Source: Octopus sinensis
Taxonomy: Eukaryota
Direction of reading: 5' to 3'
DNA: 64,000 nt
NCBI RefSeq assembly: GCF_006345805.1
Contig: NC_043004.1
Location: 93,496,001-93,560,000, forward strand
The notes beneath the pieces are model-generated. The model was not told the origin of the DNA, ran no database searches, and was given only the letters and a program-made list of their open reading frames with translations. Numbering within the stretch: the first letter of the stretch is position 1; every line of letters starts with the position of its first letter. A program made the position numbers and the translations under genes. Below, one piece after another: positions 1 through 12,988 of this stretch.

Positions 1-110
1 CCGAAAACATCAAGAAGTGTCAACCTCTTTGCTAGCATTTTGGACAAAATCTTTAAATCTACATATAACAGAGTTGTTATGAGCCTGAAATTATCAAAGA
101 TGTCTCTCTT
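1..110 (-). mobile_element. Degraded L1/Tx1-like RT fragment
   Basis: Minus strand reads DNFRLITTLLYVDLKILSKMLAKRL, homologous to TLLNAELKILAKVLAKRL at 29156. Confidence 0.55.
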
Positions 111-813
111 GCTCACATCGCTTCTCTGCTGTATTCTTGTCACTGTATGCTCTCTGCACCGGGAACGACATATTCAGTTTCCAGTGACCGGCCTCCTATT
201 TATGTTGACAGCGTGCATCACAAACTTGTGGTCTATATAGTCAACCGACTGAAATTGTGGATATGTTATTTTATTCTTTGTAACTATCGGTACCTGATAA
301 ACAGTTGGGAAAAACCCAATCAAGTTTGAGCGGTTTTTACACTAATCCGCCTCTATTAACTATTTCCATAAAATTTAAGCCAATACAATCCAGTATTAAT
401 GAGCGAGACATTTTTTAAGAATATTTTTATTTGACTAATGAAGTCTGGTAGCCAGGGCTTTGTCAAGCGTGAATGGATACTAGTGTAAAAGCACATCATA
501 TTAAAAAAAAAACACTTTAAAAAGAACTCATAAAGGCACTATTTGTTTGTAATGTCCTGTATTGTCCTATCTGTGTATGATACACAATTATAGTAATAAA
601 GAATCATCTCTTTAGAAAGGTTGTATTCAACTTTCTTCATCTGTGTAGATCATTGTCCACGATACTATCGCCTGCTTCTTTGCACAAGTTATGTCGTTTC
701 AACAAATTGTATGAATAGTCAAAATATGAACAATTTGCAGTTACAAACCATTGCAGCTAACCGTTGCAGTTCGATTTTCTTTATTTGCCCACCAGGCGCT
801 TACCGTTACACTT

Positions 814-1931
814 TCTAACGACCGTGCGAAGCGAGGTGACGAGAATGGCTCCTTAGTACATCACACGGTCGATACAATAAATATAAAAAGAATAAATGCG
901 TATATGAGCCAGGGGAAAAAAAGAGAAACACAACCGGGTAGAATGTTTAAGAGAAGCTTTATTGATATGTTAACATGTGTGACTGTGTGTGCGTCATGTA
1001 TACGGAATAATAGACAGGCCGTCATGAGAACAAAGTGTGTGTATAGACATGGATGTATGCATGTGCGTTAAGTGCAGAGCATTGAATGAATCTATAATGT
1101 GAAGTTAGAAGAATGTTCATAGACACAAGAATAAGAAATACCAGTTCGTAGTCAATTGTACACGATAGTTGAAATGCTGTATCAAGAAGTTGCGGCGATG
1201 ATGCAGAGCCGGTTGAGATACATGTCGTACGTGAAGTTGTGGCTGCGATGCAGTGCCGGTTGAGGTATATGTCGTACGTGAAGTTGTAGCTGTGATGCTG
1301 CTGCCTGGGTCACTTGGTGCAAGAGTTCTCGCAGATTGTATATTTGCTGTTAACCATGGTGAAGTAATTCACGAACAGTGTTGTGTTTAACCTGTGCGAG
1401 TTGGTGGTTGCTGTGTACGTAGACAGATAATGTTGACGACGTTAAGCAGATGATGGTGGCGACGAAGAAAGAGATTGTCGTAATGCTGTTAGACGAGTGT
1501 TGTCGTCTGGCTCACAGGTTTTATATTTGCTGTTGATCCAGGGTGAAGTAATTCACGTACAGTGTTATGTTGAGCCTGGGCGTCTGGCGTTGTCGCTGGA
1601 ACTGGCTGTGTCTTGTGTGGTCAGTAGCTAAACTTTAAAAGGTCTGGGACTAAAGACATCGAGACGATGTGGAGCTGGAGTTTTATAAGGAGCAGTCGGC
1701 TCAAACTAGGGTTGAGAACAGAATGTCTCACGTGACCATATTTGAAGATTGCGATTGGTTGGGTTGGATATTGGTGCGCGATAGAGCAAGAGACAAATCG
1801 CGCCAATATCAACCAGAGTAGTGGACACAACAGGGTCCAAAATGCGGCCAAAAGCTAGCTGTTCTCTTCTACGTTCGTATGTATGTATATATAATAGAGA
1901 GGAGAGGAATTTCCCTCAAGTGTCCGCTACA
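814..1931 (-). mobile_element. Solo LTR-like element (family LTR-B)
   Basis: Starts TGTAGCG at 1931; TATAAAA near 1690; AATAAA near 960; internal tandem subrepeats; homologous in blocks to 25611-25990 and 26930-28241 (+). Confidence 0.6.
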
Positions 1932-2250
1932 AGTTCATTGCAGCTTAACTTTACAATTCATTGTAGCTTAAACTATTGTAACAAACTATCGCCGTTTACT
2001 GTTTCAATCTATTGCAGATTACAGTGACGGTCCGTTACAGCTTAAAGTTAGATAGTCTTTGTCAATTATAACAAAAGAAATATTACTTCAAACAAAAGGG
2101 TTCTTTCTGTTAATACGAGATGCGTGTTTAGCTGATAAATCTCAAGCTTGTCAGTCTTAGTAAAAGTATTTTAACTCATTTTTTGTTCGTCCTATTCTAA
2201 GAGTAACTGTAATTCACAAACTCTGTATTTCCTACAAATAAATCCCCTAA

Positions 2251-2657
2251 TACTCTTTTACTCTTTACTCTTTTACTTGTTTCAGTCATGTGACTGTGGC
2301 CATGCTGGAGCACCGCCTTTAGTCAATCAAATCGACCCCAGGACTTATTCTTTGTAAGCCTAGTACTTATTTTATCGGTATCTTTTTTGCTGAACCGCTA
2401 AGTTACGTAAACACACCAGCATCGGTTGTCAAGCGATGTTGGGGGGACAAACCTAGACACACAAACACGCACATACATATCTATACATATATATGACGGG
2501 CTTCTTTCAGTTTCCGTCTACAAAATCCACTCACAAGGCTTTGGTCGGCCCGAGGCTATAGTAGAAGACACTTACCCAAGGTGCCACGCTGTGGGACTGA
2601 ACCCAGAACGATATGGTTCATAAGCAAGCTACTTACCACACAGCCACTCCTACGCCT
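2251..2657 (-). mobile_element. tRNA-derived SINE, family A (about 420 bp)
   Basis: Head GGAGTGGCTGTGTGGTAAG, B-box-like GGTTC, central (TA/TG)n, tail (GAGTAAAA)n; more than 10 copies in the window. Confidence 0.9.
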
Positions 2658-3074
2658 ATGAATATAAATTCATGAACATTTGTATAACTCGTTTCTATAA
2701 ACGTATTTATGTATCCCAGAGTAATATATTAATCGTAACTGCTGTTTATATAAACAGCTGTTTTATATTATTTTGATATATTGTTTTTATAGCATTATTA
2801 TAATAACCCCTCCAATTAAACGGGAGAAGCCTATACTCAACACACAACAGGTGGAAAATGCAGAAATAAACTATTGTATATATGTAACTATAATTACTAA
2901 GAATGTTTCTTTTTTTTCATAAAATCACTCGACGTTTCTTTATTCACAAATGTATCTAGGCTATCATATAATGTACTCTTCTGTTTTATAGCAGCATAGG
3001 TCTTAAGGGAATTTTATCTGCTGTTTCTATAAAATTTCCTTAAATTCCCCTTTTATCTACTGCTCTTGAAGGCA

Positions 3075-3195
3075 CATATTTCAGTGGTTAGAGCGTCGGA
3101 CTTATAAACACGAGGTAGTCAGTTCGAATCCTGGACCGGGCTGTGTTGTGTTCTTGAGCATGATACTTGATTTCACGTTGCTCCAGTTGACTTTT
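3075..3195 (+). mobile_element. Partial SINE, family D head and central domain
   Basis: CAGTGGTTAGAGCG...GTTCGAATCC...TTGTGTTCTTGAGCA...TTTCACGTTGCTCCAG shared with 15555 and 19712. Confidence 0.7.
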
Positions 3196-3670
3196 TCTAG
3201 CAGGTCAAGCAACCACATACAGGCTCCGTGGTTGGTCTGTCTCAGTAATAATTTTGTTATTTAGCTTCAAATCAACCCTGATAAATAAACCTATGTTGTT
3301 ATAAAAACACCTCTGGTTATTAACAAAGGGTTTTGTCAGGGGAGTGGACCCGGAATTTGTTGCTCGCAAACAGCAGCAGTAATTTTCTTCAGCTGAATAC
3401 ACGTCATTGATTGGTTAAAATTACCCAAATACGACAACTTTAACACGAAATAACTTCTAATATACAAAATTTTGTCAAAAACGTTAAGAGTAAACCCTGT
3501 TCTATGTGACGCATTCTACCAGTATCCGAAGTTTCAAAGTGTTTAGTTAAAAAAAAAAAAAAAAAATCTGGCCGTCAAATTGAAAAGATCCCTAAGAGTC
3601 AGCTGACCAGAAGATGCATGACATAATAATAGTTAAACAGCATTTACCATAACGTAGTGGTTTTGTATCA

Positions 3671-4034
3671 TCTCTCTCTATATAAACGGCAAAATGTCTG
3701 TGTGTGTGTCCTTTATACAAATCCACAATTTTTCAGTTAGAGGGCTCGCACTTTCTATGGTCATTCAAAACCGTCCAAGAGTGGTCGTGCACATCTTTAC
3801 ATTTTCTCAGTCACCCTGCAAAGCCATTAAAAAATCAATAGAAGTGACTTTTTTGTGAATTTTCTATCCAAAACCCAATCAAAATGCTCGAAACTTGATA
3901 CGCCAATTGAATGCCAGCTAGCTGTATGTGATTGGTCGGAGATTTGGACAGTACTCGCGTGTATGTGCGCACGCACGCAGCTGTATATGCATGCACTAGC
4001 ACTATGACCCGGCAACGCCGGATTATAGTGCTAG
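3671..4034 (+). mobile_element. Non-autonomous Helitron
   Basis: A|TC start, subterminal hairpin CCCGGC-AAC-GCCGGG, CTAG|T end; 5' end shared with 18463 (-). Confidence 0.8.
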
Positions 4035-4595
4035 TATATTTTATTTGATTTACTTATTTGCTCGGTTCATCAAAAGGTGTTGATATGTATGGCAGATACA
4101 TAAAGTATAAACTTTTGACAACGAATTATCTAGTATGTCACAGCAGGACAACACATAATTTAAACTTCACGTGACAATTTAATGAACTCTTCTGTTTTGT
4201 CTCCTGCAAATTAAGTTGAGAAGTTGAGTCAATTGTACACGATAGTTGAAATGCTGTAGCAAGAAGTTGCGGCGATGGTGCAGAGCCGGTTGAGGTACAT
4301 GTCGTACGCGAAGTTGTGGCTGCGATGCAGTGCCGGTTGAGGTATATGTCGTGCAAGAAGTTGAGTCAATGAAGAGGATGACATTACTAACGACGACGGC
4401 GTTGCTAAAAGGATCCCCTTCGAGGTTCTACACCTTAGCATCAAAGAAGTGGAAATGAGGGGGTCACATGAATAAAACAATACTCAAACATCAAGAAACC
4501 GATATGAATTTGAATATTAAGAATATTCGTCTAAGGGGTGAGTGAAGATAACGAAGGGATTAAACGGGCAACGTACGGCTTATAAATTTGATGTT

Positions 4596-5018
4596 GAGTG
4601 GCTGTGTGGTAAGTAGCTTGCTTACGAACCACATGGTTCCGGGTTCAGTCCCACTGCGTGGCACCTTGGGCAAGTGTCTTCTACTATAGCTTCGGGCCGA
4701 CCAAAGCCTTGTGAGTGGATTTGGTAGACGGAAACTGAAAGAAGCCCGTCGTATATATGCATGAATACATATATATATATGTGTGTGTGTGCGTTTGTGT
4801 GTGTGTGTTTGTCCCCCCTAGCATTGCTTGTTTTACAACCGATGCTGGTGTGTTTATGTCCCCGTTCCTTAGCGGTTCGGCAAAAGAGAATGATAGAATA
4901 AGTACTGGGCTTACAAAAAGAATAAGTCCCGGGGTCGAGTTGCTCGATTTAAGGCGGTGCTCCAGCATGGCCGCAGTCAAATGACTGAAGCAAGTAAAAG
5001 AGTAAAAGAGTAAAAGAG
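4596..5018 (+). mobile_element. SINE family A
   Basis: Full-length match to the other copies. Confidence 0.9.
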
Positions 5019-5214
5019 AGAGTATACAAGGAAAGGAAACTGGGACAGATGACACCGACCAGCTTGTCGGCATTCAAACAAAATGAGAATACTATTTACA
5101 TTGCCCCCCCCCCACCACTCTTTACATGTATAAGGGCAATGACAGATGCATCCGTTAAAAAAGATGTCTTATCGAAACACATTGACATAACATCATAAAA
5201 CAGTTGTTTAGTTA

Positions 5215-5600
5215 TAGGAGCACTCCGTCGGTTGCGACGATGAGGGTCCCAGCTGATACGACCAACGGAACAGCTTGCTCGTGATATTAACGTGCAAGTG
5301 GCTGAGCACTCCACAGACACGTGTACCCTTAACGTAGTTCTCGAGGAGATTCAGCGTGACACACAGAATGTGACAAGGCTGGCCCTTTGAAATACAGGTA
5401 CAAGAGAAACAGGAAGAAAGAGCGAGAGAAAGTTGTGGTGAAAGAGTACAGCAGGGTCCACCAATACCCCCTGCCAGAGCCTCGTGGAGCTCTAGGTGTT
5501 TTCGCTCAATAAACACTCACAATGTCCGGTCTGGGAATCGAAACCGCGATCCTCCGACCGCGAGTCCGCTGCCCTAACCACTGGGCCATTGTGCCTCCAC
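5215..5600 (-). mobile_element. tRNA-derived SINE, family B (about 380 bp)
   Basis: Head GGAGGC(G/A)CAATGGCCCAGTGGTTAGGGCAGCGG, tail ...CGTCGTAACCGACGGAGTG; matches 19110, 21768, 27766. Confidence 0.9.
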
Positions 5601-5621
5601 TAGTTGTTTAGTTATTAAACA

Positions 5622-6010
5622 GCAGACGTGACTGTGTGGTAAGAAGCTTGCTTCCCAACCACATGGTTCCTGATTTTCTCATACTGCGTGGCACCTTGGA
5701 CAAGCGCCTTCTACTATAGCCTGGGGAGGGGGAGCGACCAAAGCCTTGTGGGTGGATTTGGTACACGGAAACTTAAAGAAGCCCATTGTGTGAGTGTGTG
5801 TGTTTGTGGTGTTTATCCTCCACCACCGCTTGACATCCGGTGATGTTGCGTTTACAGCTTCGTAACTTAGCGGTTCCGCAAAAGAGACCGATAGAATAAG
5901 TACTAGTAGGCTTTAGAAACAAAGTACTGGGGTGGATTCATTCGATTAAAAATTCTTCAAAGAGGTGTCCCAGCATGGTCGCAGTCTCATGACTGAAACA
6001 AGTAAAAGAT
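5622..6010 (+). mobile_element. SINE family A, older diverged copy
   Basis: Colinear similarity to family A. Confidence 0.8.
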
Positions 6011-6644
6011 ATAGATATAGTTTAATACAGAGGTGGAATATATCTTTATAAGCTTTAAATTACCACTTCCGTTACTGCCTTGATACAAAATCTTGCAACA
6101 AAGGTAATTAAAGGGTTGGAAATCACAACATTTGGTGAAAATTTAGAGCTCCCTTTTATGCATTACAAGTAATACGACTTGAATTTTTAGAAATATTTTC
6201 CGTGTAACCGCTAAATTAGAAAGAAATATTTTAAACAGCTGTACTTAAGTAAACATTCTCGACCGAGGCCGTCTTAATAGCAATATACTGGACCCTAACG
6301 TATTTATTGATAGTAAGGGATATTATACATAGATCTGAACTGAGCCCTTAGACCCGTAGGCCTCCTGAGCAACTGTCCAGTGTGTCCTTACCTTAAGACG
6401 ATGCTGCTCTCCACAAAATAATTTACCTTCCCACTCGACCACATCCTAGGTTCCTTCTCTGTTGCGACGTTCGGTATTTTTATGTGACTTTTCAAATAAC
6501 ATAGCAACATTAAGGCCCAACTCAATAAATGTAATGCTTAACTAGACTCAGCAGCTTACACGACAGCCGTGAAGGATTTCTTTATCAATTGTTTTTTCAC
6601 AGTTTTCGCAACAGAAAATATTAACAATCGCATTGCCAAATATT

Positions 6645-6935
6645 TGACTCCACACCAAGAATTTACTCTCATTCGATGTTGCAGCTGCGGGATGGAAGCG
6701 GCCTCTTGGCAGGCCCCGCGCTAGATGACTGGATGTGATTGGATAAGATCTCCAGGGACTCGACGTCACTTTGGAGGATGCAGAGGGGCTGGCACAAGAC
6801 CCGCTAACAGAGGAGAGCACTGGTAGACCTGGTCGGCTCTACGCATAATGACGTCTTTGGGGCCGCTAATCTGAGATGACCCCCAGCCCTATCAAGCAGG
6901 ACCATGAAGCAAGCAAAACAGCAAGTACAAAGAAT
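6645..6935 (+). mobile_element. RTE-clade LINE 3' remnant
   Basis: GWKRPLGRPRAR*LDVIG*DLQGLDVTLEDAEGLAQD...RALVDLVGSTH with a short (GCAA)n tail. Confidence 0.7.
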
Positions 6936-7349
6936 TTTCACATTTCCTATTTTTAGTCGATTTGATTTATTATTTCAACATTTCTCTTTTGTGTGTGAAA
7001 GATCCCAAACGCATGACTTGCCACTTCCTAACGTTTGGTGCCCCTGAACATGTAACTCCCCATCATCCCATCATCTCCTCCAGTATGAGATATCCCAGGT
7101 GACTGCAAAATGAAGAATATAGTTTTCAAAGATGTTCCCTTTAAAACTGAACGTTCAGTACTATACATGTGAACTTCACACCATCTCAAAAACCAAATGC
7201 TTAATGAAAAATAACTTCAAAAGAAATCATGAATGTCATTGTTCTCTACAGATCTCCCACAATATTACAATTCTTAAAATAATCGTAGAATTTCAACTAT
7301 ATATGTATGTAAACAAAACAAAGATGTATATAAAAAACACAAGGACATA

Positions 7350-7500
7350 CTCTTTTACTCTTTTACTTGTTTCAGTCATTTGACTGTGACCATGCTGGAG
7401 CACCGCCTTTAGTCGAGCAAATCGACCCCAGGACTTATTCTTTGTAAGCCTAGTACTTATTCTATCCGTCTCTTTTTGCTGAAGCACTAAGTTACAGGAA
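7350..7500 (-). mobile_element. SINE family A, 3' fragment
   Basis: Tail and 3' body of family A. Confidence 0.8.
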
Positions 7501-7990
7501 CATATACACACACGTACATATATATATATACGTTTGGGGCTGCTCTGTGTCCAAATTGCAGCAAAGCGCGAAAATCCAGACTAAGACAGCAAAGATTTGG
7601 ACAGAAATATCGTTCACCTCACGACCGATTATTCTTATGAAGATGCTGGAGGAAGGGGGTTCTGTCATATTAGCTCTTGACATCGTAAATCATCAACCTG
7701 CCTCAAATGTTACATCAAAGGACATGGACGTGTAACGCTGAGTAGTCAAAATGAAACAATCAACATGCCTGTTTATATGCATCTACGTGGCATGTGAGTT
7801 TGAGAATGTTCTAGTGATGTGTGACTGTATATATGTCTGTGAGTGTATATGGGTATGTCATTATGTAATATGTGTTTGTGAATATCCACGTAATGTGTAT
7901 AATGAATGTATGTATCTGTGACCTATGTATGAATGTGTGTGTTTTTATATACGGTATGTGTTTTGGGGAGTTTACGTGACATATTTGCGT

Positions 7991-8224
7991 AAGGCGGTCA
8001 GCTGGCAGAAACGTTAGCACGCTGGGCGAAATTGCTTAGCGGTATTTCATCTGCCGCTACGTTCTGAGTTCAAATTCCGCCAGGGTCGACTTTGCCTTTC
8101 ATCCTTTCGGGGTCGATAAATTAAGCACCAGTTACGCACTGGGGTCGATGTTATCGACTTAATTCGTTTTTCTGTCCTTGTTTGTCCCCTCTGTGTTTAG
8201 CCCCTTGTGGGTAGTAAAGAAACA
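7991..8224 (+). mobile_element. SINE family C (about 235 bp)
   Basis: AAGGCGG.GAGCTGGCAGAAACGTTAGC...GCCTTTCATCCTTTCGGGGTCGATAAATTAAG; copies at 31398, 31988-32348, 37500, 39050. Confidence 0.9.
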
Positions 8225-9369
8225 TATTTGCGTAAATGCACCATGTATGTTTGTGTGTCTATCCATGACGTGTCTATGTGATTTCTGCTTAATCTTTATT
8301 ATAGGCATGCAACCTGAACAAAGAATGGACATAACAAGGACGGACGACACAAAACATGGGGTACATATAACGAAGGATAACTATGAAATGGAATGTTTAT
8401 AATGACTAGAATGGAATGGCTTACGAGCCCCACCAAAGCTCGCAGTTTCATCTTACTGTTCTTTTATGCAGTTTTATAATCTTTTTTAAAAAAATTTCTC
8501 GTCTGTTATAAACTTCATCAATTCTTCCTGTTCAACAACATTCGACAGACTCTCATAACGGACGTACACTCCTGTCTCTGTACGAGTTTATATAGTACGT
8601 AAATGGATAAGCGAGTGAAAGAGGGGAGAGATAGAGATGGAAAGGTATATAAAAACAAGCAGAGAGAAATGCAGACAGGTAAACTAAACGAATATAACTT
8701 TTTTCTCACGTGTGATGAAGAAAACAGGTTAACACCCCTACATAAAAGGGCGTTAATAGGTTCGCCCAGTATTATATATAAAAACAGCTGCCTTTAAGGC
8801 GATAACAAACGAAGATAGACGAAGAAAAGGCAAATCTAGGTAAAAGTCAAACGAATGCCAACAAGAAAATGAAACAAGTTGTTTCTGTCGTTTGCTCAAA
8901 AGTGATTGAGCGGGCTATGATGTCATAATTCAAAGTGATTTTTGACCTTTCGGTCAGCAAAGTAAGAAATAAGGAAAGAATAAAAATACAGAGAAGGGAA
9001 AAAGAAAAAAAAAAAAAGAAAAGGGGAAGAAACTGAAGGAGTGAAAGGAAGAAAAAGAAGGAAGAAGAATCTATTGCTGCTGCTGCTGCAGCTATGATAG
9101 TTTAGTTGACAAATCCCTCTGAAGCTACGAATCCAGCCAAAACTATTTCGTGATCAGCACCAAGCAATACTTGTGATAAAATTTTAGTAGCAATATAAGA
9201 ACATGTTGCAGAATGGTTTTGTTAATAACTTTCAAGGTGAGACCCATTCCCGCACACTTTACCTATTATTGTTCCGCAGTCAATAAAATAAAGTACCGGT
9301 CAAGTACTGGGGACGATGGTATTGACTAACACCTCCCTTCAAACTGATTACTTTGTACCTAAATCAGAA

Positions 9370-9404
<35 letters not shown>

Positions 9405-9774
9405 GGATCTTTTCGGTTTGAACGGCAGTTTTTTCTAGCGGTGTCATATGAAATTGTCACCTATAATTATGACCCTAGTATCGATCTATTGCATTTCAAT
9501 CTGTTTTAGGGTTAGGGTTAGGGTTTTTCTTCACAAATGTAAATAAACCCAATCTGTTTCTTAAACGAGGGACATTCATACGACATAGAATTTTTTTTAC
9601 CTCAATAGACGTCACTGATTGGTTGAAATTGCAGAAATTGAAGTAAAACAACAACAAATATCTTACAAACTATAGAATTTTCTCAATAAAGCCACGAGAA
9701 AAAGTATACGAAGTTTTAAATTTTTTAGTTACCAAGAAATTATGTTAAAAACTGCCGTTCAAACCGAAAACATC

Positions 9775-9775
<1 letters not shown>
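9405..9775. mobile_element. MITE with 28-bp TIRs inserted in an (ATT)n tract
   Basis: GGAT(C/G)TTTTCGGTTTGAACGGCAGTTTT TIRs with 1 mismatch; internal (TTAGGG)3. Confidence 0.8.
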
Positions 9776-9821
<46 letters not shown>

Positions 9822-9859
9822 TATTATTATTATTATTATTATTCAGTAGACTTATTTTT

Positions 9860-10075
9860 ATCGCATGTTCTCCACTTTACTACGAGTGCAGCTCTGTGAA
9901 CCTTGGGTTCGTGCTGTTTATTATTTTTTTTTCATTATTTGTTCGGTGTTACAGTACCTAGCAGTGTTATTTTCCGTATGTTATATATACTTGCTAACCC
10001 AGGATTGGATTGTTTTTGCTTGCATGTTTTTGATCATACCTTGGCACAGTTTCTATTTCTGGTTCTACATTCGAG
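9860..10075 (-). mobile_element. R4/Dong-like (RLE) non-LTR 3' remnant
   Basis: Minus strand ...IRKITLLGTV..., similar to the 62900-63100 copy. Confidence 0.4.
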
Positions 10076-10569
10076 TAACTTCTATTTTCGTTCTGGGTTC
10101 AAATTCCATGAAAGTCGACTGCCTTTCACCTTTCGGGTTCGATAAAATAAGTACCAGTCACATATTGGGGTCAATCGACTTCTCTCTCCCCTCAAAAACT
10201 GCTGACCATAAGCCAAAATTATTATTATTATTATTATTATTATTATTGACTACTTTTTAATGTAAATTTTGTGCCTTACAGCAACCGAAAATAATCATGA
10301 TGCTGTCGGCCTTTTTCCAAGACAAGGTACTACAAATTTCCATTAAGCGTTAAACATCCGGTTGAACCTCGACTTCCGGTTGACATTGATGTCTACATCC
10401 CTTCTAATTTATTAATCAGAAATTGTTTCTATTATGGCATTTCGATATTATTCTGACTTTGAATTGTCTATAGTTAGGAGACGAATTCTCTTCAGATGAT
10501 ATGCCATTCAATGTTTACTGTCAGGTTTGAAACTTATAGTAATGGCAAAAGTAGTCAAATAACAATGAA

Positions 10570-10611
<42 letters not shown>

Positions 10612-10772
10612 TAAACCAAATATGTGCATTTCCAAACGAATTATTTTCAGTACAGCTATAGCTGACTTTGACATTTTTTTATCAAATAATTCATCGTACT
10701 TATTTATTTCTAAGAGGTTTCTACCAATAGCTGGCCTTTCATTTAAAGCTAAAGAGAGCGTTGAAACAATTT

Positions 10773-11616
10773 CTATTTTCTTCGTTGTTAAATTTGAATG
10801 ACAAAAAAAAACTACGCTTACGTTTATACCCAATTTCTCTAAAACCTCATAATAATTGTCAGCTTCATTTGACGAAAGGGTAGATACTTAGTTGCTATAA
10901 AATTTCTAAAATAAAACGGGTGGTGTTTAGTTGAAATTCTACTCAATCTACATAAGTTGGTAATTCGAGTTTCTGTAACGTTGATATTTACATGTCTTCC
11001 TCTAAGTTTAACATAAAATGTTGACTATGGTTATTAGTGGTTGTTATATTGTCGAAACGTAGCTTAGATGTGGCTTTTAGATAATTCCTAATCTAATTTT
11101 GGACTGGAAATTGTACTAAAAGGAAAGGCCATACTGACATCAAACGGGTCAGTATGAGCCTCGCTTTTATGAAACTGAAGTATGTGGTTTGAATGGAATA
11201 TACGTTGTAAATATACCCAAAAGAAAATTCAAAATCTTAAAAGCATGACTAGATTGTGGCCTTTCCTTTTAGTACAATTTCCAGTCCAAAATTAGATTAG
11301 GAATTATCTAAAAGCCACATCTAAGCTACGTTTCGACAATATAACAACCACTAATAACCATAGTCAACATTTTATGTTAAACTTAGAGAAAGACATGTAA
11401 ATATCAACGTTACAGAAACTCGAATTAACAACTTATGTAGATCGAGTAGAATTTCAACTAAACACCACCCGTTTTATTTTAGAAATTTTATAGCAACTAA
11501 GTATCTACCCTTTCGACAAATGAAGCTGACAATTATTATGAGGTTTTAGAGAAATTGGGTATAAACGTAAGCGTAGTTTTTTTTTTGTCACTCAAATTTA
11601 ACAACGAAGAAAATAG
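10773..11616. repeat. Long inverted repeat: about 360-bp arms, 125-bp spacer
   Basis: 10773-11131 versus 11257-11616; about 7 differences counted by eye. Confidence 0.95.
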
Positions 11617-12075
11617 TTGTATGTATGTATGTATGTATGTATGTATGTATGTATGTATGTATGTATGTGTGTATGTATGTATGTATGTATGTGTGTATGT
11701 ATGTGTGTATGTATGTGTGTATGTATGTGTGTATGTATGTGTGTATGTATGTGTGTGTGTATGTATGTGTGAGTATGTATGTGTGTGTGTATGTATGTGT
11801 GTGTATGTATGTGTGTGTGTATGTATGTGTGTGTATGTATGTGTGTGTGTATGTGTGTGTATGTATGTGTGTGTATCTATGTGTATATGTATGTGTGTGT
11901 GTATGTATGTGTGTGTATGTGTGTATGTATGTATGCATGCATGTATGTATGCATACATGCATGTATGCATGTATGTATGCATGTATGTATGCATGTATGT
12001 ATGCATGCATGTATGTATGCATGTATGTATGTATGTATGTATGTATGTATGTATGTATGTATGCATGTATGTATG
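11617..12075. repeat. Compound (TATG/TGTG/CATG)n microsatellite
   Basis: Direct inspection. Confidence 0.98.
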
Positions 12076-12606
12076 TTCGTACTCTTCTATCACTAATTAT
12101 ATGAAAGCTTCCTGTAAGGAAGGATCCGGCTTCTAACAAAGATGCGAAATTACATCATTGGCATGTAGATATTAACAAATTTGAGAAAAGTCTTGCATAC
12201 ATTTACTGTTCCGCTTACAGATTGTATTTGTAATGGGTGTCAGCTGGTTGGTTTCTTTTTCTGAAGACCTCATCTTTTAGATTGTCACTTCGGCATTTTA
12301 CTCACAAAACAAAGTTTGCCAATTATTATTAGAATAAATGCGAATTTGTAATTTAGGCATACAAGCTGAAGGCTTCAAAGAAATTGCCCATAGTTATACT
12401 TTTCTCTTTGATTTTCGAAGAGATCTTGACATCAGCAGAGCCGCTAACCTCTATGACGGTACATACTTTTATTGTCCGTTGCAAACCATCCGATCTGTTA
12501 GGCTTGCACTTGGTAGAAGTTTTGATTGGAATATTCTGCCTATTCTACCTAATTCCAATCACTGTTGTGACCATTTTAAAATCACGACTGATAAGAGAGA
12601 TTGTTT

Positions 12607-12952
12607 TGTACATACATACATACATACATACATACATACATACATACATACATACATACATACATACATACATACATACATACATAATACATAATACATA
12701 CATAATACATAATACATACGTACATACATACATAATACATACGTACATACATACATCATACATACATACATACATACATCATACATACATACATACATAC
12801 ATACATACATACATACATAGTATGTACATACATAGTATGTACATACATACATACATACATAGTATGTACATACATACATACATACATACATACATACATA
12901 GTATGTACATACATACATACATACATACATACATACATAGTATGTACATACA

Positions 12953-12986
<34 letters not shown>

Positions 12987-12988
12987 CA
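12607..12988. repeat. (CATA)n microsatellite with CATAGTATGTA interruptions
   Basis: Direct inspection. Confidence 0.98.

Noticed and set aside
40-240. ORF with a signal-peptide-like hydrophobic stretch
   Set aside because: Antisense to a decayed L1/Tx1 RT fragment.
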